Position numbers and translations under genes: made by a program. A stretch of 64,000 nt of DNA, from NCBI RefSeq assembly GCF_006345805.1, contig NC_043018.1:3534001-3598000 (forward strand), given 5' to 3'. Positions 39,806 through 53,399 of the stretch are shown in pieces (the first letter of the stretch is position 1; each line of letters opens with the position of its first letter). This DNA is from Octopus sinensis. Taxonomy: Eukaryota. Under the pieces are notes generated by a model that was not told the DNA's origin, searched no databases, and saw only the letters and a list, made by a program, of their open reading frames with translations.

Positions 39806-40833
39806 CCTGTATCTCTTTTTTTGCTTGTCTTGTTCCTTGGTTTGTGTCTATGTTTTTCGTCTCTCTATGTGTTCGACGTCTTTTTGGTGTCCTGTACACA
39901 TATATGCGTGTATATGTACATGTAGAGGTAGGTACGTACATATATGTTTATATATATGCATATGTTCTATTTTATTAACATATTATACGACTAAACGCAC
40001 TCGCACCCTATTAAGTAAGATTGTTCTGTTTATCAAGTTAGCCTTGATATTAACTCTCACGCGACTCTGCATCTTTCTTTCTTTCTCTCTCCCATTCCCT
40101 TTTTCGTCTCTTTTCCCTCACTTAACTTGTCTCTTCCTCTCTCTCTCATTCTTCATTCTCTCGCTCTCCCTTTCACCATTCTTCATGGTCTCCTCGCACC
40201 ATTCCCCTTCTTCCTCCTTCCTCTTGCTCCTCCTCCCCCATTCTCGTCGTCCATCTGCGACGATACTCCGTCGTACTGCTATCCTGTCTTTTCTCGCCCG
40301 TCCTTCTAAGGCTAACTGGTCGACATTTTTTCTCTCTCGTCGTCCAGCGTTTGCAATACTTTTTTTCGTCTGCGTTAACAGCCCTTCTTATCTTGTTCTC
40401 CTTGTCCTGTCTCTCACTGTTTATATTTATTTTCCACTGTTTATATATATATTTTTTACTGTTTATGTTTGTACTGTCGTTACCGTCTTGCTTTTTTTAC
40501 CCCTCTGCGAAAAGATCCCAGAATTTTAATTGATTTGCTTTTCGCAGGAAGGAAGTTTTTCTTCGAAGTATACGTCTCGCTTTTATCCTTCGAAACGTTT
40601 ATAGATGAAACCTTAGCGACTGAAGAAGGGGATTTTTCGTTGTGCTTATTGTCCTGTATCTCTTTTTTTGTGCTTGTCTTGTTCCTTGGTTTGTGTCTAT
40701 GTTTTCGTCTCTCTATGTGTTCGACGTCTTTTTGGTGTCCTGTACACATATATGCGTGTATATGTACATGTATAGGTAGGTACGGTCCATATATGTTTAT
40801 ATATATGCATATGTTCTATTTTAAGTAACATAT
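39801..40833. mobile_element. Non-coding element with ~180-bp direct terminal repeats
   Basis: 39801-39983 nearly identical to 40648-40833; (TA)n flanks; interior resembles 27560-27890. Confidence 0.8.
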
Positions 40834-41089
40834 ATATATATATATATACATATATATACATACACATATACATACACATACATATGCATATACATGCACA
40901 CACAACACACACATTTCTTCTTCCCTTATTTTAATTTTATTTTTTATATTTATTTTTATGTTTATTTTTTTTTGACCTCCACCAACCAGGCCGGCACTGA
41001 AGTAGGGTTCTCCCAAGGATCTAGTTTAGCTGGCCTAAAGAAACCATTTATTGCCCTCTCCCTTCCCTTCTATCTTTCTTCCCACTGAT

Positions 41090-41718
41090 ACGAACAAACA
41101 CTCACACACGCACACACACTCACACGCACACTCATACACATACACAGACGCACTGTTTATTCATACATACATAAGTGTACCGACTTTCACATATAACTAT
41201 GTACACCACAAACCACATATATAATGTACTTCCGTACACATAAACACACATGAACATCTGCCCGCATATATAGACGCATATGCCTATATACAGACATCTG
41301 GCATATAAACATACATACGCATCCATACGCCTTTAAGTACATATTAGCACACATGCACGCATACACTTGTACATAAAAGTATACCTACATATATCTACCT
41401 ACATACATACATATACATACATGCACGTATATACACATACGTACACGTACCTACAAATTCATATCTACACGCATACACATACATACATCTACACACACAC
41501 AGAAGGACTAGTCCATATATCTATACACAAATATATTATACACATATATATACATATACATACACATATATACTTACACCAGTCATATACATACCTACAC
41601 AACACATACATCCATATATCTATACATACAAACATATAAATACACATTATACACATATATACATATATATATGTATATATATATGTATATATATATGTAT
41701 ATATATATAATGTATATA

Positions 41719-41805
<87 letters not shown>

Positions 41806-41808
41806 TAT

Positions 41809-41850
<42 letters not shown>
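41090..41850. repeat. Degenerate (CA)/(TACA)/(TA)n field
   Basis: Direct reading. Confidence 0.9.
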
Positions 41851-41852
<2 letters not shown>

Positions 41853-42646
41853 TATAAAGCGAGTGGTGACATTGGAGAAAAACAAGTGTTATGTTATGAA
41901 CCTCATCAGCTTGCAGTTGTTTGTGTTATACGATGCGGTGCACTCCAAGTTTAGTACAAGGATAAGATCCTATAGCTTCATCAGAGCCTTGAATAACAAG
42001 TGCAACAAGTATGAATATATGGAAAGATGGAAGTATGTCTGGTTTTTACATTTTACATGTTTGTTATGTATTTACATGTATGTTTGCATGCGTGCGCATG
42101 CAATGATGCATGTGCGTACCTACATGGGGATGGGTGAATGAATGGCTGGATAAGTTTACTGATGGATAAATGGATGGATGAATGGAAGGAAGAAAGGAAG
42201 GAAGGAAGGAAGGAAGAAAAGAGGGGGAAGGAATCATAAGATCTAGTGTGCGATGCTACTTGTATTGGGGTGATAGTCTTAGCGGTAAGTGCGGTAGTGC
42301 CTCTGATACAACACACGGCACCCGTAATTCAAAGATCCTACAACACCTAACGCCGTATAATGCTTATACTATCTGTTGGTCACCATAAGGTTATATTTGT
42401 CTGCAGTATACTCAGCTACTTTTGCTAGAACTCAATGAAGGGTTCAGACAGGTGAATGGAGCTTTTATTCATCGTCGAAACTGACTGAGAACCATTTACG
42501 CATTTACTTTCATGTACGTATGTGTGTGCACGTATATATGTGTGTAAGCATGTGGTGTGCAGATACATGTATGTATGCGATATGTATATACAAGTGTGTA
42601 TGTATATTTGTATGTTTGTATATGTCTGTTTGAATGTGAGTATATA

Positions 42647-43877
42647 TCAGGTCCTCCCATAAGTTCTGTCCGATTTTACCTTTTGTAAAATTGAATGAAA
42701 TTTAATAGTATTTCAGAGTGTCTAATGGAATTTAAAATTATTTTTATGCATTTGTGTACATTCAAACTAATTAAATATTATGTTACAGAAAAATAGAATT
42801 AAAATTTCTTTGATCAAAAACCCTTTCTAACATAGAAGTATCCAAAGAGCATTTCAGGCACATAATGCTTTATGAGTACAAAAAAAGAGAGTCTGCAGCC
42901 GAAGCGACTCGAAATATACAGTCAATTTATGGGAAAGAATGGTTAAATGAAAAAACTTGGAGAAGATGGTTTGCAAAATTCAGAAGTGGAGATTTCAGCC
43001 TTCAAGATGAAAATAAAACAGGACGTCCAGTTGAGTTTGATGATAGGCTCTTTGAGGCATTACTTGAAGAAAATTCTGCATTATCAGTTGAAAAATTGGC
43101 AGTAAAGCTTAGTTCAAACCATACAACTGTTCATCGTCATCTTCAACAACTTGGAAGGGTTCCTAAACTTGGAAAATGGGTACCTCATGAATTGTCCGAA
43201 AGCAACCGCAAATCCCAAGTTGACATCTGCTCTTCTCTCCATTCTCTCGAACTCATTTCACCCTTTTTGGATAGACTTGTGGCTAGTGACGAAAAATGGA
43301 TCTTCTATCGAAATGTTAAACGTTGTAAAGAGTGGTTTGGTAAAAGGGAAAAAGCTCTCTCACAACCGAGAAGGGGACTTCATGGGAAAAAGGCTCTTCT
43401 CTCTATCTGGTGGGATTGCAAAAGAGTAATTAGAGCGTTTGAACCAAGCTTTGAAGGAAAAAAAACCCGCTTTAGTGAATCGAAAAGGAGTGATGTTTCA
43501 TCAGGACAATTCGCGACCTCACACTGCAAAGATCACATCACAGAAGATCGAAGAGCTTGGTTGGGAAAAAATTCCTCATCCACCTTATTCTCCCGGCCTT
43601 GCTCCTTCAGACTACCACTTGTTTCCTAGTTTACAGAATCATTTGGGGCACATAACTTTCGCAAGCCAGGAGGAGGCCGAAACTGACATTTCAGATTTCT
43701 TTGCTTTGAAACCAAAAGAGTTTTACATTGATGGGATTAAAAAGCTTGTAAATAGATGGAAGGAAGTCATGGATAATCAGCGAAAGTACATTGATGATTA
43801 AATTTCAATTAAATATCACATTTGATCACTTGTTTTCTTTATTCAAAACTTCGGACAGAACTTATGGGATGACCTGA
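42647..43877 (+). mobile_element. Near full-length mariner transposon
   Basis: TIRs tcaggtcctcccataagttctgtccga / tcggacagaacttatgggatgacctga; TA TSD. Confidence 0.97.
42832..43801 (+). pseudogene. Mariner DD34D transposase pseudogene
   Basis: WVPHEL, SDEKW, HQDNSRPH, YSPGLAPSDYHLF; probable start ATG mutated to ATA; deletion/frameshift near 43430. Confidence 0.93.
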
Positions 43878-43879
43878 TA

Positions 43880-44449
43880 TATGTGGTGTGGTGTGTGCGT
43901 GCGTGCGTGTACATGTGTATGCGTGCGTGTACATGTGTGTGCGTGCGTGTACATGTGTATGCGTGCGTGTACATGTGTATGCGTGCGCGCCTATGCATGT
44001 GTGCGTATGTGTGTGCATGTAAGCGTATTTATGTGTATTTGCATTTATGCCTGTGCATTTGTGAGTCTATGCGCTTGTATATATGTGTGTGTGTGCGCGT
44101 CGTATTTATGTGAGTGCGTGTGTGTCTGCGCGTGTGTGCGCACGGGTGCGTCTGTGTGTGTGTGAAAATATCTTAGCAACCGCTTGAACCTTCACCAGTA
44201 TTCGCCAATTTCTTTTTGTTCTTAATGAAGCGCACCTCAAAGCCCACCACATACTTCATACTACTACTACTACCACGACTAATGATGATGATGATGATGA
44301 TGATCACACATGAACGGCTATCGGTCTTCGATCTTGTTTATATTAGAAATCAATCATGAAACTAAAGTAACCCGAAAGAAAGATTTAAGTAGGTGAACGA
44401 GAGAACGTTTGTGTTTTTTCTACATGAGGTGAGAGAGAGAGAGAGAGAG

Positions 44450-44502
<53 letters not shown>

Positions 44503-44678
44503 AAGAGAGAGGGGGAGGGAAGGAGGGAGGGGGTTGAGTATGGCAATGTGTTTGTGCTTGTGTGTCTTTCTGTGTATTGACTGGTTTACGATTTTGCGTT
44601 CGTTTGAGTGACCGTCTGAACTTGTGCGTATGTGTGCCTATGTATGTATACATACATATATAAACAAATAATACCTAT

Positions 44679-44755
<77 letters not shown>

Positions 44756-44970
44756 AACAAATATATATATGTGTGTGTTTAATGTCTATATATATATTTT
44801 TTATATGTATATATATAAATATATATATATTATATATATATATATATATACATAGTGAGAGAGAAAGGAGAGGGCGAGACATGTGTATGTATACACACAT
44901 AAACACACACATAAGTACAAATACGTATCCGTGAATTTGTATATTTTGTGTGTGTGTGGTGTGTGTGTTA
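43880..44970. repeat. (TG)/(TGCG)/(GA)/(CA)/(TA) microsatellite field
   Basis: Direct reading. Confidence 0.9.
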
Positions 44971-45330
44971 TTTAGCTGGAGCACTAACTAACACGCTATT
45001 TATGAGGTTAAATTTGTAAACAAAGTGCCAATTATGTTTAATATATTTTCTTTGCTGCGAAATGTCAGCTTCAGTGTGAAATAAAAAAAAAACACCTTAG
45101 TTAAACCACAGGACTGCCATTTGCCAAGGTGAAAGATGGAGGAAGCAAATCAATTGCTATTGACTTTCGTAAAAGCCATCGTCGGGATTCTATTACGTTC
45201 TCCTCGTTGTCGAGAGAACACAGAGAATAATATAATTCCTTCTGTGCGTCGATCAGTCGGTTTATCTGCCAACCTGTTTATCTGTTTATCTCGCTGTTTC
45301 TCTAAGGGTCAAGTCTTAATGTCCCCTCCA

Positions 45331-45375
<45 letters not shown>

Positions 45376-45483
45376 CAATGAGACCTAATCTAATCTGGAG
45401 TTAGACTTCAGTATCAACGACAACATGGTTTTAACTTTAACACATTAATCAATTGTGGTTATTATTATTGCTGTTGCAAATGC

Positions 45484-45514
<31 letters not shown>

Positions 45515-45806
45515 ACTGTTGTTGCCTTAGTAGCCCCAGGCATCCCAGACTGAGCAAAACTATGATCGAAAACCAGACGATTTAAGTAGTGACATTCAGA
45601 CGTTGGCTATAATGTCGCACTGTATTTGTTGCAACGCTTTCCATTCTGCGTTCAAATGGCACTGAGGTCGACTTTACCATTACTCCTTTCGGGCCAATAG
45701 GAAATGGTTCAAATCCAGTTCAGCTGGATTCTTTGACATCAGGCATTTTAATGTTTCTCGCTTTTCTCCTTCGCTCTTTTTCTCCCTCGTCCCCTCTCTG
45801 TCTCCC

Positions 45807-45850
<44 letters not shown>

Positions 45851-45954
45851 AATATAAATATATATATATATACGTGTGAGCATAGCATATTCCTTTTTTA
45901 TGTGTAAGAGGTGGACGAAAATGTTTATGGCAATCTTGATCAATTAATAAACTC

Positions 45955-46346
45955 TTTTCTACTCTAGGCACAAGGCTTGAAATCTGGGGAGAGGGGGCTA
46001 GTCGATTAGATCGACCCCAGTATGCAACTAGTACTTAATTTATCGACCCCGAAAGGATGAAAGGCAAAGCCGATCTCGGTGGAATTTGAACTCAGAACGT
46101 AACAGCAGATGAAACACCTATTTCTTTACTACCCACAGGGGCTAAACACAAAGAGGACAAACAAGGACAGACAAAGGGATTAAATCGATTATATCGACCT
46201 CAGTGCGTAACTGGTACTTATTTAATCGACCCCGATGAAAGGCAAAGTCGACCTCGGCGGAATTTGAACTCAGAACGTAGCGGCAGACGAAATACCGATA
46301 AGCATTTCGTCCGGCGTGCTAACGATTCTGCCAGCTCCTCGCCGCC
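45955..46346 (-). mobile_element. SINE-A dimer
   Basis: One head followed by two bodies joined at gtagtaaagaaatagg|tgtttc. Confidence 0.9.
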
Positions 46347-47109
46347 TTGATCAATTAACAAATTGTAATGTATCTGTTCTCTCTCACACATTATTTTTAT
46401 CTGTGTGCGTATATTTCTGCGCACACCTGCGAGCGTGTTTGTATGCGTGTGTTTTGTGCGTGCGTGTGCGTGTTTGCGTGCGTGCGTGCATGGATGCGTG
46501 CATATATTTGTTTCTGGCGTCAAAAAGTAGTTGCCAGAACAAACTAAATGTCCAGCCAGAGCCAGTTGTGCCAAATTGACGGCGCCCAAACTGCCGCGCC
46601 TAGTAGTTTCTTTCCGAACAGCGAAGGCATAAAGAGGGGAGCAAGGGTAACTGTTTTTGTCAAAATATCTGCAGAATTACACCTATGATAGCAGATATAT
46701 AACGACATTGATCGACAGATGGTCAGAATTGTTCTATTACTTACCATTCCGTCTCTTTCTGTCGTTTTTCTTCTTTTTTCTACAAGCATAAGGTAAAATT
46801 TAATTTATAATCGTTGCTAATTTACGTAAAAAGCCAGCAATTTTGGTGGAAGTCGATACCTTCGACTGGTACTTTATTTTATCGCCTCCAAAGGTAATAC
46901 TGCAGATTGATTTGTTTAGCTTAACGGTAAAACACTTGGCCAGAGTCTTCAAGGGATGTAGGCTCGAGTCCCGTGGCTGTTTGTTGTTAAATTTTTCCGT
47001 CTGTTCTGATGGCGTTTCTGCGTTTGAAAATAAATTATCATCGTATCTATATCTTACAATATACATTTCAACGTTAATAAAAAAAAGCAATTGTTTGTTT
47101 ATATATATA

Positions 47110-47150
<41 letters not shown>

Positions 47151-47289
47151 CAGTGGGGTGCTGAATACCTGGCTGGAGGCCCAACTTTCCGAGTTCTTTT
47201 ACAGGGCTTGGAAAAACTAAGGGACCGCTGCAATAAGTTTGTGAATCTGAGAAGGGAATATGCAGAATAAAATCATAATTAACAGATCC

Positions 47290-47568
47290 TTCTCTGTGTC
47301 CTAAAGCTCCTCGAGGCTCCGGCAGAGATGGTGGTGATCCCTGCTGTACTCTTTCACCACATCTTTCTCTCACTCTTTCTTCCTGTTTCTGCATTTCAGA
47401 GGGTCGACCTTGTTACATTCTGTGTCACGCTGAATCACCCCGAGAACTACGTGAAGGGTACATGTGTCTGTGGTGTGCTCAGCCACTTGCACGTGAATTT
47501 CACGAGAAGGCTGTTCCGTTGATCGGATCAACTGGAACCCTCGTCGTAACCGACGGAGTGCCACGACG
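47290..47568 (+). mobile_element. SINE body related to 57293-57545 but with a different 3' part
   Basis: Shared cctaaagctcc..ccggcag..ggtgg.gatccctgctg.actctttc.ccaca..tctctcactctttctt. Confidence 0.7.
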
Positions 47569-47595
47569 ATATATATATATATATACATACATACA

Positions 47596-47631
<36 letters not shown>

Positions 47632-47636
47632 CATGT

Positions 47637-47692
<56 letters not shown>

Positions 47693-47749
47693 AGAGTTTA
47701 CGAAAAAAACAAAAGACGAAGACAGGCGGTGTACAAAACAAACAGATAT

Positions 47750-47784
47750 CTTTACGTTTCGAGCCTACGCTCTTCTACAGAAAG
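47750..47784 (-). ncRNA. Minimal hammerhead-like motif, U6 variant, second copy (repeat 47690-47830)
   Basis: cttt-CTGTAGA-a-gagc gtag gctc-GAAAC-GTA-aag. Confidence 0.5.
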
Positions 47785-48450
47785 GGACACAGAAAAAACA
47801 AAGAAAGAAAAAAATGTGTGTAGTGGCTAACCAAATATATTCTTGTGTGTGTGTGTATAAATATATACATACATACATACAAGAATAAGTCCTAGGGTCG
47901 CTTTCTTCAACTATGACCCTTTAAGGCTGTGCTCCAGCATAGCCGCAGTCAAATGACTGAAACAAAAGAATATACATATTGTTTGGCCCGGGGATATAAT
48001 AGAAGTGGAAGTGAACCCGAAGCCAATCCGTTTGGGACAAAACTTCTTACCGCACGACCATGCCTGTGTCTCTCTAGAAGTAGGTATTAAAAGTTTATAA
48101 ATTGCGATATTGTTGATTATCTTCCCCTTGTAGCTATTTCGTCGTTCTGTGTCTCATAAATGGTTCAGTGGGGCTTGTATAACAATTTAGGCCTTGAAGT
48201 TTAGATAAGCATTATACATTGTCATATATTGTTATGGCTATTAAGTAAGATGGCGAGCTAGCCAAACGGTTAGCACGGCGTAAAAAATGCTTAGCGGCAT
48301 TTCTTTCGGCTCTGTACATCATGATTTTTTATTCTGTTGAGGTGAACTTTGCCTTTCATCTTTTCAAGGTCGACAAAATAAGTATCAGTTGAGCCCCGGG
48401 GGGGCTCGATGTTTTTGGCTGGACCCCTGCCCCAAATTTGTGCACATTAG

Positions 48451-48609
48451 TATTTGCATAAGAAAGATATGGTGAGCCTTAATAAAAGAAGAAGTAGGAC
48501 ATAGACAGGGCAGACTGCGCTAAAGGATCCCTAATGTCCCAGATGGTGGTATTAAACGGCGCGATGAATTCCATTAACAATTCAAATGGGTCATGGCGGG
48601 ATTTGAACT
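48451..48609 (+). repeat. About 160-bp direct repeat, copy 1
   Basis: Nearly identical to 50834-50989. Confidence 0.95.
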
Positions 48610-49199
48610 TGCTATGACTATACGGCACGTTATCAAATGTTCGTTTTCACTTTAAAGTGATCGAGTGTGACCTGAGGTACATTTGGGTGCTATTTCTTGC
48701 AGCTATGGAGAACCACATAGAAACCAGTTTCCTCTCGGCTCTTGTTCAGTCATTAGAAACGGCGATGTTGGTGAATGAGGGAACGTCTACGTGGTTTCCA
48801 GACCAACTTGCATTGTTTTAGAGGAGACGATACATTATAAGAATTATACAATACTAGCAATGCACCCTGATGTTGCCCGGGTGTAATGACTCACAGCCAC
48901 ATTGGATTATTTGCTCCTTTCTTATGGGCAGAACCGGCACACGAGGTGTATGAAGCAAACAACTATTCTTTATAAACATGCTTCTCGGTCATTTTCTGAT
49001 GAACAACGCTGCAGTTTCCGTCCACCAAATTCAGTTACATGACTGTGGTTGGCCTACGGCTATAGTAGAAAACATTTGCCCAAGGTACCATGCACTGAAC
49101 ATAGAACCATGTACTTGGGAAGCAAACTTCTCGACCACATAGTAATTCCTGCACCTAATGTGTGTGTGTCTGTGTCTGTGTCTACATTTCTTATTAAAT

Positions 49200-49482
49200 C
49201 TAGTAGTATGTCCGGCATAGTTGCCTCCCTTAGCTAAAGACCTCAAAATTGTGCGACCCGACCTCGTTTTCGAGGTTATTTTTTGTTAGTTAAAAAAACA
49301 TGTTTTATTTGGTAGCCCAAAGATTAGTGAATATTTTGATGCCTCATACGCGAAAATCAGCAACTCAGTTTTCGAATCCATAAGGAACATATGCGCGCGA
49401 ACAGCACACACACACAGACAGACACACACACGCACGCACACACACACGCACACACACACAAACTCTGCTTTATATATTAAGA
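49200..49482 (-). mobile_element. Probable short non-autonomous Helitron
   Basis: Minus strand starts TCTTAATATATAAAG, carries (TG)n, ends gccggacatactaCTAG. Confidence 0.5.
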
Positions 49483-49659
49483 TAATTCTAGGTAATTCTA
49501 ACACAAAAGGGATGGTCGTGTCTTGAAAGCTTTTGACCATAAGTTTGTTCGATCAGGGTTAACTTGTGGCTACACAACAACCAATGAGGAGGAGGAGGAG
49601 GAAGAGGTGAGAATTGTAACACAATCGATATATTCACTCTCAGTGAGATGCGACGGTGA

Positions 49660-49675
49660 TGGGATTAAGGTTGTT

Positions 49676-49706
<31 letters not shown>

Positions 49707-49846
49707 TCATTATCTTCGTCATATTCGTCACCATTTAAAACCTGCGTGTTCATCATCAACACCATCATCATCACCGTTATCGATATTACTGTCATCATTG
49801 TCATCATCAACGTCATCATCATCATCATGACCATCATCATCACCAC

Positions 49847-49879
<33 letters not shown>

Positions 49880-49940
49880 AATGTTCTATCTACATAACTC
49901 CATCCATCATCATAATCATAATCATTATCGTAATCACCAT
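49660..49940. repeat. (GTT)n/(CAT)n microsatellite
   Basis: Direct reading. Confidence 0.9.
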
Positions 49941-50833
49941 CTCTTACCTATCTAGTCTTCGGTCTGATCGTTCGATATTCTTGTTAATCATCGATCCAAA
50001 GTCTCTTCATGGTATTTCTAATTCAATAGCACTTCGATAGCCATGCATGCTTCAACTCGCAGTGTTATTGACAGCAGGTAACAAGAACAAGAACAACAAC
50101 AACAATAACTATAACAACAACAACATCCTTACCTCCATAACCTATTGTAATCTTATTGTAAATAACAGCAGGGAAACCCTCAAGTGGAGGCCTCTTCTAC
50201 AAATAGTGACCAAATCCTCCTTTTATCCCCTCAGCCGTCTCAATTAAATGAAGGACATTGGATAAAGTAGAAACTCAGTGTTTTATAGAAGACTGTGGCT
50301 ATGTCGATATTACATTAAATATAGGAAATCACAAAGGCAAATGTGTTGGAAAGTTATTTTAGATAATATTTACTTAGTCCTGATATTTCGAGCAAAAACT
50401 CCTTGACAAAGACTTTAATTAACAAGTCAGGGACCATAAATTACTCGCCCATTTGGTTAGCATGTCGAATTCTTGTGGATGATGTTTACCAGAATACATA
50501 GAAGAGATCTTTAACTTCTGTTAACGTGAAGGGCGAATAATCTAACCTTTCGGAACCTTGCCTTTTTATCTGTGAATGAGGGGGTGGGAAGGGGGAGAGT
50601 GGGTGAAGGCTGTCCTTTTGGTTGTTAGCTAGTGAGTGAGAAAGAGATAAAATAATAAAATGAATGAATCATATGGAGCAGCAATTTAGGGAAAGGACAG
50701 CGAGGGTGAACTGTATGGGAAGACTAGATGTCTGGACAATGATGAGGACGAAGTGGGAGGGAGTAATAATTTGAAAGGGGTAAGTAGAAGGAAATACAAA
50801 TAGATGGGAGTAAAGCATTGGCGTTGCCCGCAA

Positions 50834-50989
50834 TATTTGCATAAGAAAGATATGGGGAGCCTTAATAAAAGAAGTAGGACATAGACAGGGCAGACTACGC
50901 TAAAGGATCCCTAATGTCCCAGGTGGTGATATTAAACGGGGCGATGAATTCCATTAACAATTCAAATGGGTCATGGCGGGATTTGAACT
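50834..50989 (+). repeat. About 160-bp direct repeat, copy 2
   Basis: Nearly identical to 48451-48609. Confidence 0.95.
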
Positions 50990-52059
50990 CACAGCTCACC
51001 GCAAACCAACAATCTTACAATTCTGTTAATCCACCATCTTGAAGTGATACTTTGTTATCGATATCTCCGAAAAGATGAAAAGTAAAACTAACTTCAGCGA
51101 GATTTGAACTCAGAGCGCAGAGTCGAAACAAACATTCTGCCCGACGCTCAGGCAATTCTACCAATTCACGGCAGAATCAAGAATACAAAACATTGATGCG
51201 TTTGTTCATTTGTAACACATTCTGACAGATTTCAACTTGGAAATGCTAACAGCCTTTATATTTTGCCTTTGAAGAAAAATTTCTATTTTCAGACGTCAAC
51301 AGTGATGGGGGACAACTTTGAGACTCTGGTGTTTTGCATAAAAGTGAAATTATCACCAAAATATTACCTAGATATTATTGTGTTAGGCAATAAGGTTCAA
51401 GTAAAATTTCTCAGCTGCTGGTCGAAAAAATCGTGCTGATTTCGTGGTGATACATCTTATGAAGATCCCAAGATTTCACGTCTAACATCGAAATGCTTGT
51501 GGCCACGCGATCACTCTTTTCCTTAGATTGCTATCCTGTCGTGAATGTGGAGCAATGATATTAAATATGATGAAATTAATGATAAGCAATGACATATTTG
51601 GGCTTTAAGTGAATAACCAATTCACAGGACTCATTAAATACTTAAAAGGCATAAATGCTTTCAATTTTTCTAAGACCGTCTGACGTAAGTTTTTGTTAAC
51701 AGATGTCCTCCAAGTTTTATGTCGCTCAGAGCCTTACCAAATCTAAATTCAATAGTGTTAGCATGTCTCATCTAATTGTCTGATAACATCTTAAAGTTCG
51801 CGAGTTTGGGTAAGTTTGTATGCTTTGTGGAGAAGAGGTAACTGCTGCTTCGAGATATGTTTCTTTGAAGGAAAGAGAGACGGCCGGGGGGGGGGGGGAA
51901 GTTTCATCAGCCTTTTCTCTCTCTGAGGAGAATGGAAGAGACTCTGAGCTTTCTATTCGTCTTCATCGTGGTTTGTCGAAACTCCCGAAGTTCATAGATG
52001 TAGTTTGATGGTGAAAGGATTGAACTGTTCTTTTCTTGCTCTCTTCACATTCGCGGTTT

Positions 52060-52425
52060 CAGAGAAAGAGTGAGAGGGGGGGAAGAGGCAAGGAGAGAAA
52101 GAAAGAAAAGAAAGAAAGAAGAAAGGAAGGAAAGAAAATAGGGACAAAGAAAGAAACAAAGAAAAACAAAGAAAGAGAGATAGGAAGGAAGGAAGGAAGG
52201 AAGGAAGGAAAAGAGAAAGAAAGAAGAGCGAAAGAAAGAAGATATGAAAGAAATAAGGAAGAAAAGGAAGGAAGAAAGGAAGGAAGGAAGGAAGGTAAAA
52301 AGAAAGAAAGATAGAAAGAAGAAAGGAAGGAAGGAAGGAAAGAAAGAAGGAAGGAAGGAAGAAACAAAGAAAAAGAAAGAAAGAAAGAAAAAGAGAAAGA
52401 GAGAAAAAAGAAGGAAAGAAAGGTG
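52060..52425. repeat. Polypurine (GGAA/GAAA)n tract
   Basis: Direct reading. Confidence 0.95.
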
Positions 52426-53159
52426 AGAAATTGAGCTGCAGTGCTTAATTTGTACTTTATTTATCGACTCCGATCGAAAGAGATGAAAAGTCAAGCAATA
52501 GAATTTGAACGCAGAGTTCTCGAAAGAATACCCGGTTAGATACTCACTCCGACACACTCGAGTAACTCGAGTAACTCGACCAAGTCACAGTCCGGTTCAC
52601 ATGGCTGAATTTCTGTTGCCCCTTCACAGACCGTCGCCACCACCACCACCACCACCACCGCCTCCACCAGTTTACCCGATCATATTCTAAACATGAGCCT
52701 GGCCAGACATTTGCGCCTCGCTTCGCTGAAGTTGTCTAATTTCCTCAAAGAACATCAAACGGCAAATCCGAAACAGAATTCCATGTTTCCTGATAGAAAT
52801 CTATTGATTCCTGATTCAATTTCCAATCTGATCGCCAACATCAAACAAGTGGACGACTTACGAGCGTTCGAGCTGCTAGAAATTACAGCCAAAATCTCTG
52901 TTGAATAACACTCTGACGTCAGAAATAGAAGGCGGCTGCCTTTGGATTGGATCATCTAACTCTCGATCATTTTCTTGAGTCCAAGGTTTCACAAGGCCAC
53001 TAATACGGTCTCCTTGCTGTATAAGTGACCGAGCTCACAGCATTCCTCTAAATGCGATCCCAGTTTTTTGCAGGCTCAAGCAATTTTGAAGGGAGGTTAT
53101 AAAAAAAAAAGAAGAAAAGAAAAAACCGTAACGTTACCTTTTCGAATCATGCCAATTCC

Positions 53160-53380
53160 ATTGGGGCCGGTTTCCCGGTTTCATTGGTGTATAGGTTCCC
53201 CACCTGAACGGGACGCCGATCTGTCGCAGGGTTACTCATTTTTGCCAGCTGAGTGGACTGGAGCACGTGAAATGAAGTGTTTTGCTCAAGAACACAACAT
53301 GTCGCCCGGTCCAGGAATCGAAACCACACTCTTACGATCATAAGTCCAATACCCTTAACCACTAAGCCACGCGCCTCCAC
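53160..53380 (-). mobile_element. tRNA-derived SINE (SINE-C-related head)
   Basis: Minus strand gtggaggcgcgtggcttagtggttaagg (A box), ggtttcgattcc (B box). Confidence 0.85.
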
Positions 53381-53399
53381 TTTTTTTTGAAGGCAGGGA

